From positions 822,267 through 886,266 of the forward strand of contig CBDFLL010000006.1 of the NCBI GenBank assembly GCA_965249205.1: a stretch of 64,000 nucleotides of DNA, in the 5' to 3' direction. Within the stretch, counting starts at the first letter, position 1, and each line of letters begins with the position of its first letter. Below are positions 56,226 to 64,000 of the stretch, in pieces. The notes under the pieces are model-generated. The model was not told where the DNA came from and searched no databases. It was given only the letters and a program-made list of their open reading frames with translations. The stretch comes from Vicinamibacterales bacterium. GTDB taxonomy: Bacteria; Acidobacteriota; Vicinamibacteria; Vicinamibacterales; UBA2999. The position numbers and the translations under genes were made by a program.

Positions 56226-57521
56226 GCAGGCTGCTGAAGAACCCGGGTGATCGGGCCGTTTTCTAAGGATCATGCGAGTCACCACCGACCGACAACGGTG
56301 CGCACGGCTGTGCGCTGGCCCCGATCAAGGGGCCGGCGACACGCGCGGCCGGTGATCAGGGACACCTCGCCTCCAGATTCCGCAGCCGGACCAAGTTATA
56401 GACCGTGGCGGCGAAGGTAAGCTGCCAATCCACGAGGGCGACACCGCGATGCCGGAGTTTGCGCAAGCCGCCGACGGTCTTCATCCAGCCAAAGACCTGT
56501 TCTACGAGTTTCCGTTTCCGCTGACTGACGTGATAGCCCGCATGCCGCGTGGTCCGGCCATCGATCGCACTCCAGCGGACCTTCTGAGCAACGTGGGGCG
56601 TGACGGCCCGGATACGGACAGCGGCCACAAAGCTTGCCACATCGTAGCCCTTGTCCGCCCCGACCGTGCTGCCCGGCGGCGCGCTGGCCTCCAGCAACAG
56701 CGCCGCTGCCTCGCGTTCGGCGGTCCCCGTCGCGTGAGTCGCGCAGACGTTGGCGACAAGTCCCTGTCGATTGTCCAGCAGCACGTGGCCCAGATACGCC
56801 AGCTTGGCTTCCTTCCCCTGGCCCTTCCGAGGCAGCATCGCCTCCGGATCGGTCGTCGACTGGTGCGTGTCGTTGCGCCGCCGCTCCCCGTGGAAGTTGA
56901 CCGTGGGATTCCCGGGGTCATCGGGCGGGTCGCTCTCCGCCGCGTCCCGGCACCGAAAGCTCTTCAGGCTGGCCCACGCTTCCAATTGGGTCCCATCCAC
57001 AGTGAAGTGTTCGTCCGAGAGCAGCCCGGCCGCCCGCGCGTGGGCCTGCACCGCATCAAAGAAGGCGGCCGCGAGATCGCCCGCCAGCAGCCGGTCGCGA
57101 TTCTTGGTAAACGTGGTGGGATGCCAAACCGGGTCGTCCAAATTCAAGCCCACGAACCAGCGGAACAGCAGGTTGTAATTGAGCTCTTCCATCAGCAGCC
57201 GCTCGCTCCGCACCGTGTAGAGCACCTGCAGCAACAACGCGCGCAGCAGCTGTTCCGGCGGGATCGACGGACGCCCTGTGTTGGCGTACAGGCCGGCGAA
57301 CCTGCGCGACATCGTTCTCAGCGCTTCGTCCGTCAGCGCGCGAACCGCGCGGAGCGGATGGTCGGCTGGCACGCGCTGTTCCGGCGACAGGTAGCTGAAC
57401 ATGTGAGTGCTTTGCTCATCGTGTCCGCGCATGATGGGGCTCCCTTCAGCGGTGTTGGGAGCATGGTAGTACGCCGGGATCGATCTGTCGATCCCATTTC
57501 ACGGAGTTTTTCAGCAGCCTG
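56226..57521 (-). mobile_element. IS5-family insertion sequence, copy 4 (1,296 bp)
   Basis: Same termini; CTA on both flanks (56223-56225, 57522-57524). Confidence 0.9.
56356..57432 (-). CDS. IS5-family DDE transposase
   Basis: 358 aa, identical translation to copies 2 and 3. Confidence 0.9.
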   Translation of the reverse strand: MRGHDEQSTHMFSYLSPEQRVPADHPLRAVRALTDEALRTMSRRFAGLYANTGRPSIPPEQLLRALLLQVLYTVRSERLLMEELNYNLLFRWFVGLNLDDPVWHPTTFTKNRDRLLAGDLAAAFFDAVQAHARAAGLLSDEHFTVDGTQLEAWASLKSFRCRDAAESDPPDDPGNPTVNFHGERRRNDTHQSTTDPEAMLPRKGQGKEAKLAYLGHVLLDNRQGLVANVCATHATGTAEREAAALLLEASAPPGSTVGADKGYDVASFVAAVRIRAVTPHVAQKVRWSAIDGRTTRHAGYHVSQRKRKLVEQVFGWMKTVGGLRKLRHRGVALVDWQLTFAATVYNLVRLRNLEARCP

Positions 57522-57637
57522 CTAGTTACACGTGAAATCCGCGTGAGGCACGCTGACGTAGAGTCGCCATCGTTTCTTCACATCCCCGCCGCAGCGCTGC
57601 CATCGCTGCTGTCTACCATCGTTCCAGGAGCGATCAG

Positions 57638-59170
57638 ATGAAGACAGCACGATGGCACCTCATCATCCTGTTCGTCGGCGTGGTCTGCCTGGCCACACAA
57701 GCCGCAGCGCAGCGAACCACTGACGACGTCCCGTCCGTCTTCCTCACGCTCGCCGATGCCGAAGCGCGGGCGCTTGGCCGCAACCCGACGCTCACGCAGG
57801 CGCGGCTCAGTATCGAACTCGCCGACTACAGCCTGCTGCAGTCGCAAACCCCCTTCACGCCGATCTTCAGCACTTCGTTCGAGCAGCGGTCGCAGACCGC
57901 GGCCGGGACCAGTCAGCTCACTGGCGGCACCGAAGTCGTCACCGACAACACGTCGTACCAGTCAGGTGTGACCCAGCTGTTCCCGTGGGGGAGCCGGGTC
58001 TCGCTCGATTTTACGAGCGGCCGGAATGCGAGCACCAACGTCTTCTCGACGTTCAACCCACGCTTTTCGTCGTCGATCGAGGCAACCGTTACCCAACCGT
58101 TGCTCCGCGGCTTCACGCTCGATCCGATACGCGCGCAGATCGAGCAGGCCGAAATCGGACAGGAGGTCGCCGCGATTCGGCTCGACCGACAAGAGGCCAC
58201 AACGCTTGCCGCTGTTCGGCGGGCGTACTGGGAGCTGGTCTATGCCAGTGATGCCCTCGAAAACGCACGCCGGTCGGAGGCGCTTGCCCAACAGCAGCTC
58301 GAAGAGAATCGCCTTCGGGTGGCAATCGGCGCGCTGGCACAGATTGACGTGCTGCAGTCAGAAGCGGAAGTGGCGACCAGAGTGCAGGCCAGCGTGCAGG
58401 CGGAGGGCACCTGGCGGACCGCGATGGTCACGCTGAAGCAACTGATCGTCGCCAACACCGAGGACCCGATCTGGAGCGCCGACGTGATACCGGTGGATCG
58501 TCCGGCACCTAGGTCGCAAGCGATCGACGTCAGCGCGGCGATTCAGTTGGCGCTGTCGAATAGAACGGACATCCAGGAGGCCGAGCGCGATCGAGAGAGC
58601 GCGGCTCTTTCGTTGAAGCTGGCGGACGACGAGCGGCTGTGGGCCGTGGACCTCGTCGCCAGTTACACCGCGAGCGGCATCGGTGGCCCCGAGCTGGTTC
58701 GCGGATCCAGCCTTGGCGGCAACGTCGTCGAGACCATCCCTGGCGGCTATCTGGATGCGCTGGCATCGGTGGCGGGTCTGGACTATCCAGCGTGGCGCGT
58801 CGGACTCAACGTCAGCGTGCCGCTAGGCACAAGCAGCGCCGATATCGCCGCAGCCAGTGCGGGCGTGCAACAGCGGCAGGTGGACAGTCGCATCCGAACG
58901 CTGGAGCTGCAGGTGGCGGCTGATATCACGCGAGCCGGCGAGCGCGTGCGCAGCGCCGAACAGCAGGTGCAGGCGGCCGCGGTCGCACGGGAACTGGCAA
59001 GCCAGCGGCTCGAGGCCGAGGATGCCCGTCTCGACGTCGGTCTGTCGACGACGTTTCTGGTGCTGCAGGCGCAGCGTGATCTCGCTACAGCGGAGACCAA
59101 CGAGTTGCGGGCGGCGCTCGATCACCGGGTAGCGCTGGTTGACTTCGAACTGGCGCAGGTGGCGCCGTGA
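57638..59170 (+). CDS. TolC-family outer membrane efflux protein
   Basis: 510 aa; signal peptide; two repeats of the OEP pattern (L.LADAEARAL..NP.L..A......A......S...P.......). Confidence 0.85.
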   Translation: MKTARWHLIILFVGVVCLATQAAAQRTTDDVPSVFLTLADAEARALGRNPTLTQARLSIELADYSLLQSQTPFTPIFSTSFEQRSQTAAGTSQLTGGTEVVTDNTSYQSGVTQLFPWGSRVSLDFTSGRNASTNVFSTFNPRFSSSIEATVTQPLLRGFTLDPIRAQIEQAEIGQEVAAIRLDRQEATTLAAVRRAYWELVYASDALENARRSEALAQQQLEENRLRVAIGALAQIDVLQSEAEVATRVQASVQAEGTWRTAMVTLKQLIVANTEDPIWSADVIPVDRPAPRSQAIDVSAAIQLALSNRTDIQEAERDRESAALSLKLADDERLWAVDLVASYTASGIGGPELVRGSSLGGNVVETIPGGYLDALASVAGLDYPAWRVGLNVSVPLGTSSADIAAASAGVQQRQVDSRIRTLELQVAADITRAGERVRSAEQQVQAAAVARELASQRLEAEDARLDVGLSTTFLVLQAQRDLATAETNELRAALDHRVALVDFELAQVAP

Positions 59171-59265
59171 CGTCTTGTGTCCCTGGCAGGGTGGGCAGAA
59201 ACGCCAAGCTGCGCTAGAGTCAGCAGGAATCTGGTACTGTCTTTCATTTCCATGGTCGTGGAGGG

Positions 59266-60390
59266 ATGCGAATGAGTACGTGGCGAACGCTGGTGGTGGG
59301 GGTGACGTGTGTGACGGCGGGGGTGGCCGCTCAGGCGTGCGCGCCAGAGGAGATGGCGAGCGAAGCTGATCAGCCGGAGGCGCGTAGCCTTCCCACGTTC
59401 GAAGTCGACGACGGTTGGATGAAGGTGCCGGAGCAGTGGAAACTCGGCGACGCATCGAGCTTCGCGGTCGATTCCGGGGGCAACGTGTGGTTGCTGCATC
59501 GCCCGTGGACGCTACCTGAGGAAGACGCCGCGATGGCTGCTCCCCCGATCATGGTTTTCGACAGCGGCGGCAACTTCGTCAAAGCGCTGGGCGGCCCCGG
59601 GGAAGGCTATGACTGGGTTCAGCGAGAGCATGGCCTTCATATCGACTCAGAGGACTTCGTCTGGGTGACCGGGAACAACTGTCCGACCAATGGTCTGCCA
59701 CGCGAGCCGGTGGCCGATGATCAGGTGCTCAAGTTCGCCCCGGACGGAAGCTTCGTGCTGCAGATTGGTCACGTCGGGGATGGGACGGCAAGCAACGCCG
59801 ACACCGAAAACGTGCATCGTGCGGCTGATGCATGGGTGCATCCTGCGACCAACGAAGTCTTCGTTGCTGATGGCTACGGCAACAATCGCGTCGTGGTATT
59901 CGATGCCGACACGGGCGCGTTCAAGCGCACGTGGGGCGCGTTTGGTGAGGTGCCCGTCGACAACGATAGTTGCGAGGTTATCTACTTCGATGATCCTGCT
60001 GGGCCGGGCCTCGACGCGTTCAACCTCGTCCATGCTGTAGCCGTCGCTGACGACGGAACGGTGTACGCCGCCGACCGAGAGAACCGGCGGGTGCAGGTGT
60101 TCTCGACGGACGGCACGTTTATTGACGAGGTGATCAAAACCGATACAGCGTTCGCGCGCGGCCTGGCATTCTCCGCGGATCCGGCGCAGGAGTTCCTGTA
60201 CGTTGGCAACGGCGACGACATCGCCATCGTCGACCGGTCGACGGTCGAGATCGTTGGCGCGGTCGACATTCCAGGAATCATCGGCGGGGGTCACCAGATT
60301 GCGAGCGATGCCGAAGGCAATATCTACATTGCGCAAACGGCTGCGGGCGTGCAGAAGCTCTCGTATATGGGGCTCGCGCAGGTGCCGTAG
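59266..60390 (+). CDS. NHL-repeat six-bladed beta-propeller protein (peptidyl-alpha-hydroxyglycine lyase-like)
   Basis: Lipoprotein-like N-terminus (VAAQAC). Repeated ...VFVADGYGNNRVVVFD..G.F...., ...VYAADRENRRVQVFS.DG.F.. blades. Confidence 0.7.
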   Translation: MRMSTWRTLVVGVTCVTAGVAAQACAPEEMASEADQPEARSLPTFEVDDGWMKVPEQWKLGDASSFAVDSGGNVWLLHRPWTLPEEDAAMAAPPIMVFDSGGNFVKALGGPGEGYDWVQREHGLHIDSEDFVWVTGNNCPTNGLPREPVADDQVLKFAPDGSFVLQIGHVGDGTASNADTENVHRAADAWVHPATNEVFVADGYGNNRVVVFDADTGAFKRTWGAFGEVPVDNDSCEVIYFDDPAGPGLDAFNLVHAVAVADDGTVYAADRENRRVQVFSTDGTFIDEVIKTDTAFARGLAFSADPAQEFLYVGNGDDIAIVDRSTVEIVGAVDIPGIIGGGHQIASDAEGNIYIAQTAAGVQKLSYMGLAQVP

Positions 60391-60450
60391 CACATAGTGG
60401 AGGGAGGCCTGACCAAGGGCCTTCCGCCGAGGACGTGGGAACGGCGGCGA

Positions 60451-61314
60451 CTACGGGAGGCGTTCGAGTCCGGTCGATTCGACGATTCGCGCGCTGACCA
60501 GACCGAGTTCTACCCGGCGGTTGTTGGCGTGAGCCTCGTTCGTATTTCCCTGGTCGAGCAACTGCGACTCTCCGAGGCCCTGGACCGTGAAGATGTCGGT
60601 CGAGAGTCCAGTGGCGACCAGGTAGTCGGCCACTGCCTGAGCCCTCCGCTCCGACAGCTCCTGGTTGTACTCGGCGGTGCCCGTGGCGTCGGTGTGACCG
60701 CTGACGGTAATGACGAAGTCGTCGGCGGTGAACAGGATGCCGGCAATCCGGGACAGGACCTCCCGGCTCTCCGGTCTGAGCTCCGCCCGGTCGAAATCGA
60801 ATTTTAGATAGCCGTCGTCCAGACTCATGACGAGTCCGAGCGCTGTTCGCCGAGTCTCGGCGATTCGTCCCAGCGCTTCGGTGAGCCGATCCATTTCGGC
60901 CTCGGCGACGCGACGGATTTCCTCAGCTCGCTCGCGAGCCTGCCTCGCCTCTGCCCGCGCCTCGTTCGACGTGTCCTCTGCGGTTGCGGCTCGTTGCTCG
61001 GCGTCGATCGCCAGCCGCCGGGCCAGTTCGGCGGCCTCCTCCGCGCGTGCGCGTGCGACGGCCGCGTCGCGTGCGGATTGTTCGGCTTCGACCGCACGCT
61101 CGGTGGCCGCGTCCGCGTCCTCGACGGATTGTTGCAGACCGTCCTCCAGGGTTTGAACCTGGGTATTCAGGCGCTCGATGTCACCGAACATGCGATTGAC
61201 ACCGTATCCACCGACAGCAACGGCAACCAGGCAGAGCACGACGATGGCGACCCGGACGCCCACGTGTGACTTCCGCCCCGGTTGTGGCGCCTGTGTGTTC
61301 GCCTCGGGCGTCAT
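60451..61314 (-). CDS. OmpA-family protein with N-terminal TM anchor and long coiled coil
   Basis: C-terminal ...FDFDRAELR......L..IA..L........V.GHTDATGTAEYNQELSERRAQAVADYLV..G........G.GE.......T.EA.A.NRRVEL. Confidence 0.8.
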   Translation of the reverse strand: MTPEANTQAPQPGRKSHVGVRVAIVVLCLVAVAVGGYGVNRMFGDIERLNTQVQTLEDGLQQSVEDADAATERAVEAEQSARDAAVARARAEEAAELARRLAIDAEQRAATAEDTSNEARAEARQARERAEEIRRVAEAEMDRLTEALGRIAETRRTALGLVMSLDDGYLKFDFDRAELRPESREVLSRIAGILFTADDFVITVSGHTDATGTAEYNQELSERRAQAVADYLVATGLSTDIFTVQGLGESQLLDQGNTNEAHANNRRVELGLVSARIVESTGLERLP

Positions 61315-61466
61315 TGTTTCCCTCGGTCTCTACCTCGTGGCTGACGCGACCTACCCGTATTGTTGCTCGACCCGGTAGTCGGTTCATAGGGGGTGAGCCG
61401 CAGGTTCGCACTCTCCCCGGCGTACGGTTCGTTCTCGGGCTGACGTAAAATCGCCGCGATCGACAA

Positions 61467-63758
61467 ATGACGATTGTGCCTCTCACGATTCCCCTCCGGC
61501 GCCCGCGCGCGCCGCACGTACTATCGTTGAGCCTGGGCGAGGTCGGGTGTCGTGGAACGCTCCGGTTCCGGGTGGTCGCGTTCGCCCTGGTCGCCACCAC
61601 CTCGGTTCTCTGGGCGGCATCGGCGCACGGCCAGGACGGATCCGATGCCGCGTTGCCGCGGCAGGTCGAGGTCATCCGGACTGCCTACGGGGTGCCACAC
61701 ATCTACGCCGACAACCTGAGAGCGCTCGGGTACGCGCTGGCCTATCTGCAGGTTGAGGACTACGGAGACCGCGTGCCGCTTGGTCTGCTTCGCGCACGCG
61801 GGCAGCTTGCGGCGCACCAGGGGCGCGGCGCGCTTGACTCGGACTTCGCGAGTCGCCCCTCCTTCACCCGTGCCGTGGAAATCTACCCGCGACTCCAACA
61901 GGACACCCGGGCCGTGTACGAAGGGTTCGCCGCCGGCGTGAACCGCTACATGGCTCAGCATCCGGAAGAATTCGCCGACTGGACGGTGTCGGCGTTTACG
62001 GGGCATGACGTTGCGGCGCTGTACGTCTATCGTCCGAGCGCGGGTCAGGCGCGCCGGTGGATCCGCGTGCTGGAGGGCGTGGCGGAGGCGCCGCTTGTCG
62101 ACATCGACGGGATAGCCGCGGCAGGCTCCATCGAAGAGGGCTCCAGCGCATGGGCGCTCGCGCCGAGTCGAACCGTATCGGGTGCGGCCATCCTGCTCCG
62201 GAACCCACACCTGTCGTGGGAGGCGGGCTACTGGGAGGCCCACGTGGTGGTGCCGGGCCGGCTGGACTTCTACGGCGACTTTCGGATCGGCGCTCCGCTG
62301 GGCATCATCGGCGGGTTCAACGGGCACCTGGGCTTCGCGACCACGAACAACGACGTCGATAACGCGCAGGTCTACGCGCTGGACGTTGATCCGGATCGCG
62401 CCGACCACTACCTGCTCGATGGTGCGTCGATCCCGATCGGTCGCGAGCCGCTCACGTTGCGATTCCGTAACGGAGACGGCTACGGCCTCGAAACGCGTGA
62501 GCGCCTGCTCACCAGCGTGGGGCCCGTGATTCACCGCGACCACGGTCGGATCTATGTGTTGCGGGCGCCGGAAGATGGAGAGTTCCGGGGGGGAGAGCAG
62601 TTCCTCCGGATGATGCAGGCCACGACGCTGGCGGAATGGACCGAGGCGATGCGGCTCCGCGCCCACCCGCGTTCCAACCTCACGTACGCCGACGCGGAGG
62701 GCAACATCTTCTTTCTCTGGAACGCGGCGATCCCCCGGTTTCCACACCCGTACGACGATGCGCTGGCGGTGCCGGTGACGCGTCGTGATCAGGTCTGGAC
62801 CGAGCTGCACGAACTGGACGACCTGCCGCAACTGTTGAACCCAGTCGGTGGGTACCTGCGAAACGAAAACGACGGGCCCTGGCTCACCAATCTTCGTGCG
62901 CCGCTCGACCCGGACGACTACCCCGACTACTTCGAAGCGCACGAGTTCAGTTTGCGCAGTCAGCATGCCGAGCAACTGATTGGCGGTGATGAACGGCTCT
63001 CGCTGGAAGATGTGATGCTGCGCAAGCACAGCTACCGGATGTTGCTCGCCGATCGCGTCAAGGACGAGCTGCTGGTGGCGGCCCGCAGCGCGATCGACTC
63101 GGCGGCGCTGGGCGCTGGTGACGTCGATCCGGCTTCGGTGGCGGCGGCGCTGACGCTGCTCGAGCGCTGGGACAACACGGCGGCGCCGGAGAGCCGTGGC
63201 GGCGTGCTCTTCGAGGAGTGGTGGACGCGCTACACAGAAGCGCTCGAGGCTGACGCCGATCCGGCGACCGACGATGAAGAGGTGGAGTTTTTCGCGATTC
63301 CCTGGTCGAGCGAGGCGCCGACCGAGACGCCGCGAGGCCTGGCGGATCCCGGGCTGGCGGTGCGTGTCTTCCCCGGGGCGGTCGCTGCGACGGCGGAGCG
63401 TTTTGGTGCATGGGACGTCGCCTGGGGCGACGTGCATCGAGTCCGGCGCGGAGACGTCGATGTGCCGGTCGGGGGCTGCCCGGGCCGGCTGGGCTGCTAT
63501 CGGGTGATCAACTTCCGCGAGGACGACGACGGCCGCCGACGCGCGGTGGGCGGCGATGGCTGGGTGCTGGGCGTCGAGTTCACGAGCCCCCCGCGTGCCT
63601 TCTCAGTGCTGGCCTACGGTCAGAGCAGCCGCGAAGCGTCCCCCAATCACGCGGATCAGGCGGCGATGTTTGCGCGCGGGGAGATGAAGGAGGTGGCCTT
63701 CACACTGCAGGACGTCGAGCGCGCGGCCGAACGGCGCTATCGCCCCGGGCTCGACTGA
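61467..63758 (+). CDS. penicillin acylase family (Ntn-hydrolase) protein, possibly an acyl-homoserine-lactone acylase
   Basis: 763 aa; ...V.VIRTAYGVPHIYADN...; putative autoprocessing site ...EEGSSAWALAP...; RNPHLSW; exact start uncertain. Confidence 0.8.
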   Translation: MTIVPLTIPLRRPRAPHVLSLSLGEVGCRGTLRFRVVAFALVATTSVLWAASAHGQDGSDAALPRQVEVIRTAYGVPHIYADNLRALGYALAYLQVEDYGDRVPLGLLRARGQLAAHQGRGALDSDFASRPSFTRAVEIYPRLQQDTRAVYEGFAAGVNRYMAQHPEEFADWTVSAFTGHDVAALYVYRPSAGQARRWIRVLEGVAEAPLVDIDGIAAAGSIEEGSSAWALAPSRTVSGAAILLRNPHLSWEAGYWEAHVVVPGRLDFYGDFRIGAPLGIIGGFNGHLGFATTNNDVDNAQVYALDVDPDRADHYLLDGASIPIGREPLTLRFRNGDGYGLETRERLLTSVGPVIHRDHGRIYVLRAPEDGEFRGGEQFLRMMQATTLAEWTEAMRLRAHPRSNLTYADAEGNIFFLWNAAIPRFPHPYDDALAVPVTRRDQVWTELHELDDLPQLLNPVGGYLRNENDGPWLTNLRAPLDPDDYPDYFEAHEFSLRSQHAEQLIGGDERLSLEDVMLRKHSYRMLLADRVKDELLVAARSAIDSAALGAGDVDPASVAAALTLLERWDNTAAPESRGGVLFEEWWTRYTEALEADADPATDDEEVEFFAIPWSSEAPTETPRGLADPGLAVRVFPGAVAATAERFGAWDVAWGDVHRVRRGDVDVPVGGCPGRLGCYRVINFREDDDGRRRAVGGDGWVLGVEFTSPPRAFSVLAYGQSSREASPNHADQAAMFARGEMKEVAFTLQDVERAAERRYRPGLD

Positions 63759-64000
63759 TCGAGTGCGAGTACAGCGTGCCCAGAGTTCGAAACGTCACCA
63801 TGAATACCGATCGTCACCCCGACGACCGTCAGCAGTATCAATATAAGGTCGGGGATGCGCGTGTCTATGAGGGGCGCCTTGATAGCCCGCTGTGCCCAGC
63901 CCATGACTGAGGGCCAGAGTCTCCTCGCGCAATGTCAGAGTTGTGACGCCGTGATTGCGCACCACTACATGAGCGGACTGTGCAACCGATTGCGGGGCAG

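Noticed and set aside
63800-64000. Small ORFs at the right edge (36-aa ORF at 63800-63910; ORF starting at 63904 with a CxxC...C motif)
   Set aside because: They are below any reliable size or cut by the window end, with no family recognition possible.

Overview
This is a high-GC bacterial chromosome segment. Gene content (TolB-like propellers, a PSCyt1-type cytochrome tail, a DUF305/LVIVD protein, an ECF sigma with a TonB-dependent receptor) suggests an Acidobacteriota- or Gemmatimonadota-like soil organism, but that is inference only. Positions 1-7135 are a housekeeping block: thrS, tRNA-Val, hup, an S41 peptidase homolog, an EnvC-like M23 protein, ruvX, mltG and an FHA gene. From 7136 onward the window is heavily remodelled by mobile DNA. 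It holds four full 1,296-bp copies and one 62-bp solo end of a single IS5-family element, plus one IS3 and one IS1595 element. It also holds two copies of a 144-bp MITE-like element and a ~5.6-kb graveyard of abutting truncated genes: IS903-like transposase, resolvase, hsdR, IS256 transposase, integrase and a SAM methyltransferase. Further remnants come from a phage or integrative element: a ParB-methyltransferase, an HTH protein, integrase halves, a primase-associated ATPase-like pseudogene and a tRNA-Thr-like att half. A ~714-bp near-identical duplication brackets a 4.2-kb insert. The right half carries accessory envelope, redox and efflux genes: PQQ dehydrogenases, an MBL hydrolase, a YceI plus barrel pair, an ECF sigma/anti-sigma/TonB receptor set, DUF411, DUF305-LVIVD, a DevBCA/MacAB-like pump with TolC, an NHL protein, an OmpA protein and a penicillin-acylase-family protein. 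The most interesting signal is at 40395-41852 (-). The ORF track splits this gene at a single in-frame TGA that falls exactly at the selenocysteine position of an iodothyronine-deiodinase-type active site (GCLT-U-PPF). A SECIS-like hairpin lies 17 nt downstream and the C-terminus carries four EF-hand loops. All calls come from reading the sequence and translations by eye; no database search was run.
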